DNA from: Paraspadella gotoi
Lineage: Eukaryota; Animalia; Chaetognatha
NCBI GenBank assembly: GCA_051294375.1
Contig: CM119268.1
Span: 4,726,666 to 4,790,665 of the forward strand
Direction of reading: 5' to 3'
Length of the DNA stretch: 64,000 nucleotides
Every line of letters begins with the position of its first letter. Position 1 is the first letter of the stretch. Both the position numbers and the translations under genes were made by a program. Of this stretch, positions 61,129-64,000 are shown piece after piece. Under the pieces are notes generated by a model. It did not search any database and was not told the origin of the DNA. It worked only from the letters and a program-made list of their open reading frames with translations.

Positions 61129-63138
61129 ATGGTAAACGGACACGGAACTGTTAAAGAAAACGGCTACAGGATTCGAATCAATACACAATAAGAATGGCTT
61201 TCGCAATCACTACGGGACGGAAATGGACTGGAATCAGTTATCCACGGAGGCGTTGGTGCAGGAGAACGATGTGGTGATGGCGAGGCTTTGTGGAATCAAT
61301 AGGACGCCGGGAGCCGGTGGCTGGTGCCACAAGTGCGGTGTCTCGGAGCACCACCCTTTGCATATCAAAAATGGAAGGAGGTATAACTTCCAATGCACGA
61401 AGAGGGACGCCACGCGATCGACGAAGAGGCGATGCGTCAGGGATTGATTGAAAATATCCAAGATCACTACGCGTGTATCGAGCGAATGAAGAACTTAGGA
61501 ATTGATGTGGGTGAGGATCGCATCCCTGACGTTCCTGCACGACTGGTGGCCGCTGATGCACGCCGGCGACTTCTGATGACGAGGAGGCTCGTCCATCGAG
61601 AGCTACGAGGATTGACGCTTCAACGAACACGGAGGTGATTCCATTGGTGACCTTTGCGGACGACCACGATCGATGAAACGCGGGTTCTGATTTTCCGTCC
61701 TGTGCCTCTGCCTCGGACGAGGACGCCGACGCCGCGGTATGGAAGGGGAGATTCGAATTATGACACTCCTCGTGCATGGCTAGAAGAAGGTGAGAGGAGA
61801 TCTCTACAGCTTGATGAGAGAAAAACAGATGAACTGAGAAGTGCGAGCAACAAGGCTGTCCGTTTGAGAAGTAAAGTGCGTGGAGAAAGTCGGAATGAGA
61901 CCTATAACCGCGCGGTGATGTTGCATTCGAACGGACAGTGTGCCGGACGGCAGTCCAAGGAGATCGTCGAAGCGTCGGTGGGTACACGAGGAGGGAAGAG
62001 GAGGAGGGTCGGAGGATGGACGGAAAAGGGGCGGGTGGTTTCGCCAGATGGAGCGGGAGTTACGGCGGACCAGTTGATGGAGTCTCTGAGGGCGAAGGGC
62101 GCGGAGAACAGACGACGCGTCCTGGAGGAGGTGAGAGAAGAATGTGGAGCTTCGAGAGGTGATGGGTGTGCCGCCTCCGCCGGACTTCCTTTCGCAAGAG
62201 CTTCCTATGGATGTGGGGGTTGCGCCGCCGATGCCGCAGCCGCCGCCGCATGTGCCGCTGCAACCGCCGACGATGCCGCGGCCGCCGTTGATGCAACAGC
62301 AGTCGACAATATCGAAGCAGTCGATGTTGTTGCCGCCTCCGCCCGGATTTGGGGACCGGATGTTGCCGCCGAGTAGTGATCCGAGGGAGCCGCGTCCACA
62401 GACTCAAGGCAGTTGGGTGGAAGAGTGCCGAGATTGCGCCCCGCATGCGCAATATCAAGAGATTCATCAAACGACGCGGGATGCTCGACGGGCGCCTCAT
62501 TACGAACGTCGCGACGCGATGACGCCAGGTTTCGCTGGGCCGGAGTTGCTTCCGTACACTGGCTCTTCGACGGCGTGGGGACGAGTCGGTTCCGCTCCGC
62601 CGCCGCCGCCGCCGCCATCTTACGGGGATGCTGCACCTGGTTGGGCGCCGACGACTTTGGGGTCTGCGCCTTCGAGGGCTCCTCGTCCTGGTGAGTCGTC
62701 ATCTGCAACGAGAGGAAAAGGAATAAGAGGCGTTTAGACCGATTCAGATAAAATTATAAAAACTACTTTGTCTATTTCTAAAGATATTATTGAGTATATT
62801 ACGAATGAATCTTTTTTGAAGGGCGACATTAAGAAATATTTTGGTGATGAAAGCGAGCAAGTTCGATGCTTAGTTGCTAGTTTGCATTGTCGAAATCATG
62901 TGCGTGCGAATGCTGATGCGACTTTTGAATGGATGTCCCAATCTGATGAATTTGATTTGGAGAATTTCTTTACCGAAGTTTTTCGTCTTACTTTCCCTAG
63001 TCCTCAGACAGACCTCGAGCAGAGTTTTCGTCGTCTGAAGCAAGGTAGCGAAACAATTATGGAGTTTGCGAGACGATTTCGTATTTTCTGTTCGAAATTG
63101 AAACGGGATGTTGATTCTCAGTCTCTGAAGTTTATTGA
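61129..63138 (+). pseudogene. gag: Gag region, frameshifted: N-terminal CxxC-H motif, Pro-rich segment, Retrotrans_gag domain
   Basis: FRRLKQGSETIMEFARRF matches the Ty3/Gypsy capsid homology region; WCHKCGVSEH; acceptor TCTCTTTCTCAG at 61120. Confidence 0.7.
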
Positions 63139-64000
63139 GGGTCACGCTACTGACAATAAACTCTGATTTTAACCAATTCCATTTTATATTACTAAGCAGA
63201 TAAGATCTTTGTTCCCACTTGCTTCCTTTTTTTTAGAATTTACTACCTTGTTTTCTATTTATCATATATTAATTTAATATGAACAGATACTCTACTCTGA
63301 TTTTAACCAATTTCAATTTTCGTTTTCGTTTTTCTTCATGATGGTAAAGTCCATCTTCTTGAGTGATGTGGTTTTGGTGGTAAGGGTTTGACTTTTATGC
63401 CTTTCATGCCTTATTAATATCATTTGTCTGAGTTATAATTTTTTTAAAGTCTAAACCAATTATAAATTTTTAAAAATGTTAAACTGATAGGTGCAGATTT
63501 TCAAGTGTAAACCAACTATAAATTTTTAAAAATATTACACCAAAATAATTTGACCCGGACAATAATCTTCTTCTATGACCAAAGGTGGCATATTGTTCGG
63601 CAAAATAACACCGCCTATTATTTCAAAAACCTGGTGCCAACAATATACCCCATTAACCTCCCTCCCTCCCAAGTTAATTCATCAGGGATGATTCCGCCAT
63701 TACGGGCACTGTAGAGGTAGTCTTTCCCCTTATCCCATGGTGCGCTATTTTCGATGATGGTCAAAAGTACAACGACATCCATTCACCAAAATTGTATGAC
63801 CCTCATCCTGACATCATTGTCAGTATGGAGCATCTAACACATAGCCTCTGCAAATACTAATTAAATCTATTTTGCGACTTTTATGAACATAAGACACTAT
63901 GAAATTTCATTATTAGGCAAATGTGAATAAATAAATAGGTAGGTAATGAACAAATAAATAAATGAGAAACCTGGAGTTTCCATGTTGATGAAAGATGACA

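Larger units (their letters stand above)
58723..63155 (+). mobile_element. Truncated Gypsy-type LTR retrotransposon: 5' LTR 58723-59107, PBS, extra ORFs, gag, fused to the last about 17 nt of an LTR
   Basis: TGTCAG...CTACCGACA followed by PBS TGGTGGCCAGCG. GGGTCACGCTACTGACA at 63139-63155 repeats the LTR end. No TSD found. Confidence 0.8.

Overview
AT-rich, microsatellite-rich eukaryotic (probably invertebrate animal) genomic DNA with spliceosomal introns, read by eye without database searches. Host-type genes are all on the minus strand in the first 25 kb: a spliced PP2 (phloem protein 2)-like lectin-domain gene, an alpha-arrestin (ARRDC) gene and three tandem arylamine N-acetyltransferase-like genes. 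The centrepiece is a 14.7-kb Maverick/Polinton (adintovirus-like) element at 30033-44726, with AGTAGT...ACTACT termini and a CAAGC target duplication. It encodes a packaging ATPase, DDE integrase, minor and major capsid proteins and a truncated, frameshifted pPolB with atypical motifs. Unusually, its ATPase and capsid genes contain GT-AG introns, most ORFs have a splice-acceptor-like sequence just before the ATG, and it carries a linker-histone-like protein and a protamine-like protein. Also present are a decayed bunyavirus-Gc-like glycoprotein (probable endogenous viral element), Ty3/Gypsy-type LTR elements with extra genes (pre-gag ORF, SGNH hydrolase, antisense intron-containing gene), a Penelope GIY-YIG remnant with a hammerhead-like motif, and hAT and Tc1/mariner MITEs.
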